63,895 nt of DNA, taken from NCBI GenBank assembly GCA_900617105.1, contig UYFQ01000254.1, forward strand, positions 1 to 63,895, written 5' to 3'. The notes under the pieces were generated by a model. That model was not told the DNA's origin. It did not search any database and was given only the letters and a program-made list of their open reading frames with translations. The first letter of the stretch is position 1, and each line of letters starts with the position of its first letter. The stretch is from Hydrurus foetidus. Taxonomy: Eukaryota. Shown in pieces: positions 62,086 through 63,895 of the stretch. A program made the translations under genes and the position numbers.

Positions 62086-63312
62086 ATTTGCCGCTCGAAT
62101 TCAACCAATACAGGGCGCTCTGATCAGAGACTTGAAGAGTGACTGGGCCCTCAAATAGAGAAGCTGTGGCTGCAGCCTTTTTACTGTGAGAAACGTACTG
62201 ATAATCAGCTTATTATCGATCGATCCCACCTCCGTAATCTGTAATGCATGTGTGACGTCTCTCTGTGTCGAATCTGCTGCATGCCCTCCGGTTCAAGATT
62301 TTGGATTTTGTGGTGTAAAAGTACCCCCCCTGGGGCAAACTGAATGTATGCGTCAGACACTGTTACATTCAACATTTGATACAGCTTACAACAGTGTGTA
62401 ACTGTGGGGGATGCCTATGCAAATGCATTTTATCATCAGCTGCAATGGACTTGCACGCAACTCAAACTAAAAACTTTCCAACAACTTATATCGCATCGCG
62501 ATATCTGGATTGAGGAGGGTTCATTCGAGAACACATACAATTGTAACCATTGCATCGGTCACCCACACATAATCGGAACATGTTTCTTACGAATGATATC
62601 TTTAATGAATTTCCGGCAAAATGATCATGTTCGAGTGGCGGATTGTCAGTTAGATGTCGAGGTCCACGGTCCACATCTACAATTTGCTTGTCTCGGGTGC
62701 ATCGATGTACTCACATCATGCAGTCTGCATTGCTAATAAAAGTGCTGTTGATTATTTGTGAGGTGAACAAAAGTGTGTAAGCAATTCTACTTAATGTGGA
62801 CAGTGTTGTGCACAGTGATTCACAGCTCAACAGCTTTTAGATGCTATCTAATCCTCTACGTGCCACGACAGAGGACGGATATTGTGCAGATGCAAACTTT
62901 CGTTGCAACACAAGTTTAAATTCGCTGCTATAAATAAGTAGACATCAAAAATACACGCTCTCTGAAAATTTAGTCCTTCATTAATTGAGAAAGATGAAAT
63001 AGAACAAATTCAGCCTCGAAAAGGTCGGATGTGAATAAATTGAATCCAGTACTAAATATGTGGATGTGCACATATGATGATTGAGAGGATATTGCTGTGA
63101 TAATTGGGAGGAGATAAAAGCCTCTGTATCATGGACCCATGACCTATAAGCGGCTACGAGAGAGTGCACTTGTCACCGCGCACCGCTGATCCATATCCGC
63201 TACTCCGGTTAGGGACCGCTACAGTCGACAATTATATTGTGACGATACTTAGAAATTCAAATTGTGCAGATGAGAGAATAGCAGAGGACGTTTCTACTGT
63301 GTATGCCACTTA

Positions 63313-63758
63313 CTAACCAATGTAGCTGTCAGGATTGATATCGACCACCATTACAGTGATGTCATCCATCCTCATCTGAGTTCTCTCCCTTCTTCGATAA
63401 GCCTTCTGCGCTAGTGCTGAAGCCAGCACTCTTGAGTCTCTGTTGGCCTCGGTGAGTCCGATGCATCTAACACTCTCAAGAGACACTACATCCCAGAATC
63501 CGTCTGTTGCCATGATGAATCTTGCGTGCGTGTTCTGTGGTGTTAAGTTGAACAAGTGCGCGTCTTGCAGTTATCAGCAATTAGCATAAACAGGGCACCA
63601 GGCTATCTGAGAAATGCAAGCAATATTTACTCAAGAGGACTGAGAGTTGCTCACCATAGGGACGGTGTACGCACTGACTTCAGGAAGGGAGATGCAGCTA
63701 CGTGGACCGAATCTGTCCCCAAGGGACCTAGTCATCAAGATAGAGATGTTGTACCGAC
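63313..63758 (-). CDS. Protein phosphatase 2C family, last two exons (gene continues past window end)
   Basis: LMTRSLGD...PEV, FIMATDGFWDV, DDITVMVV. Confidence 0.85.
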
Positions 63759-63895
63759 CTGTGGGAACATAGGAATGAGGTTAGAGGGAGAGTAGAAGAG
63801 GTAGAGGGATGGGCAGAGAATGAAAGGTTTGGGATGTGAAGGAGATGAAAGAAAGAAAGAGCAAGTGAAAAAGGAACGATATAAGAAGAAATAAA

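Noticed and set aside
1..63895. RNA-guided nuclease (Fanzor/TnpB), tRNA or rRNA genes
   Set aside because: No RuvC plus zinc-finger signature and no tRNA or rRNA sequence recognised by eye

Overview
Eukaryotic, intron-containing genomic DNA, probably from a stramenopile/ochrophyte alga. That assignment is an inference from the bacterial-type PEPC with a mitochondrial-type leader, a CRM protein with a signal peptide, and the TE repertoire. Most of the window is a nested transposon pile: two chromodomain Gypsy elements nested one inside the other plus a third LTR/leader, a very young full-length Copia (identical 403-bp LTRs, TSD CTCTC), older Copia fragments, two PIF/Harbinger-type elements, a MULE, a Crypton-like tyrosine-recombinase element, three hAT-type non-autonomous copies and several MITEs. 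Host genes are a TLC-domain protein, Rab8/RabE, PEP carboxylase, a LIM fragment, RACK1, a CRM/YhbY-CCHC protein, threonine synthase and a partial PP2C. Main hunt results: (1) the Copia has no tRNA primer-binding site; the 10 nt next to its 5' LTR are instead perfectly complementary to a sequence inside the LTR, the geometry of Tf1-type self-priming, which I know only from Gypsy-type elements; (2) both Gypsy elements carry a cryptic 137-nt GT-AG intron at the gag end whose removal yields a conserved alternative Gag C-terminus and stop, i.e. a putative splice-controlled Gag/Gag-Pol switch; (3) these Gypsy elements have a palindromic hairpin in place of a canonical PBS; (4) the MULE transposase contains an embedded CW-type zinc finger. 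All alignments were done by eye.
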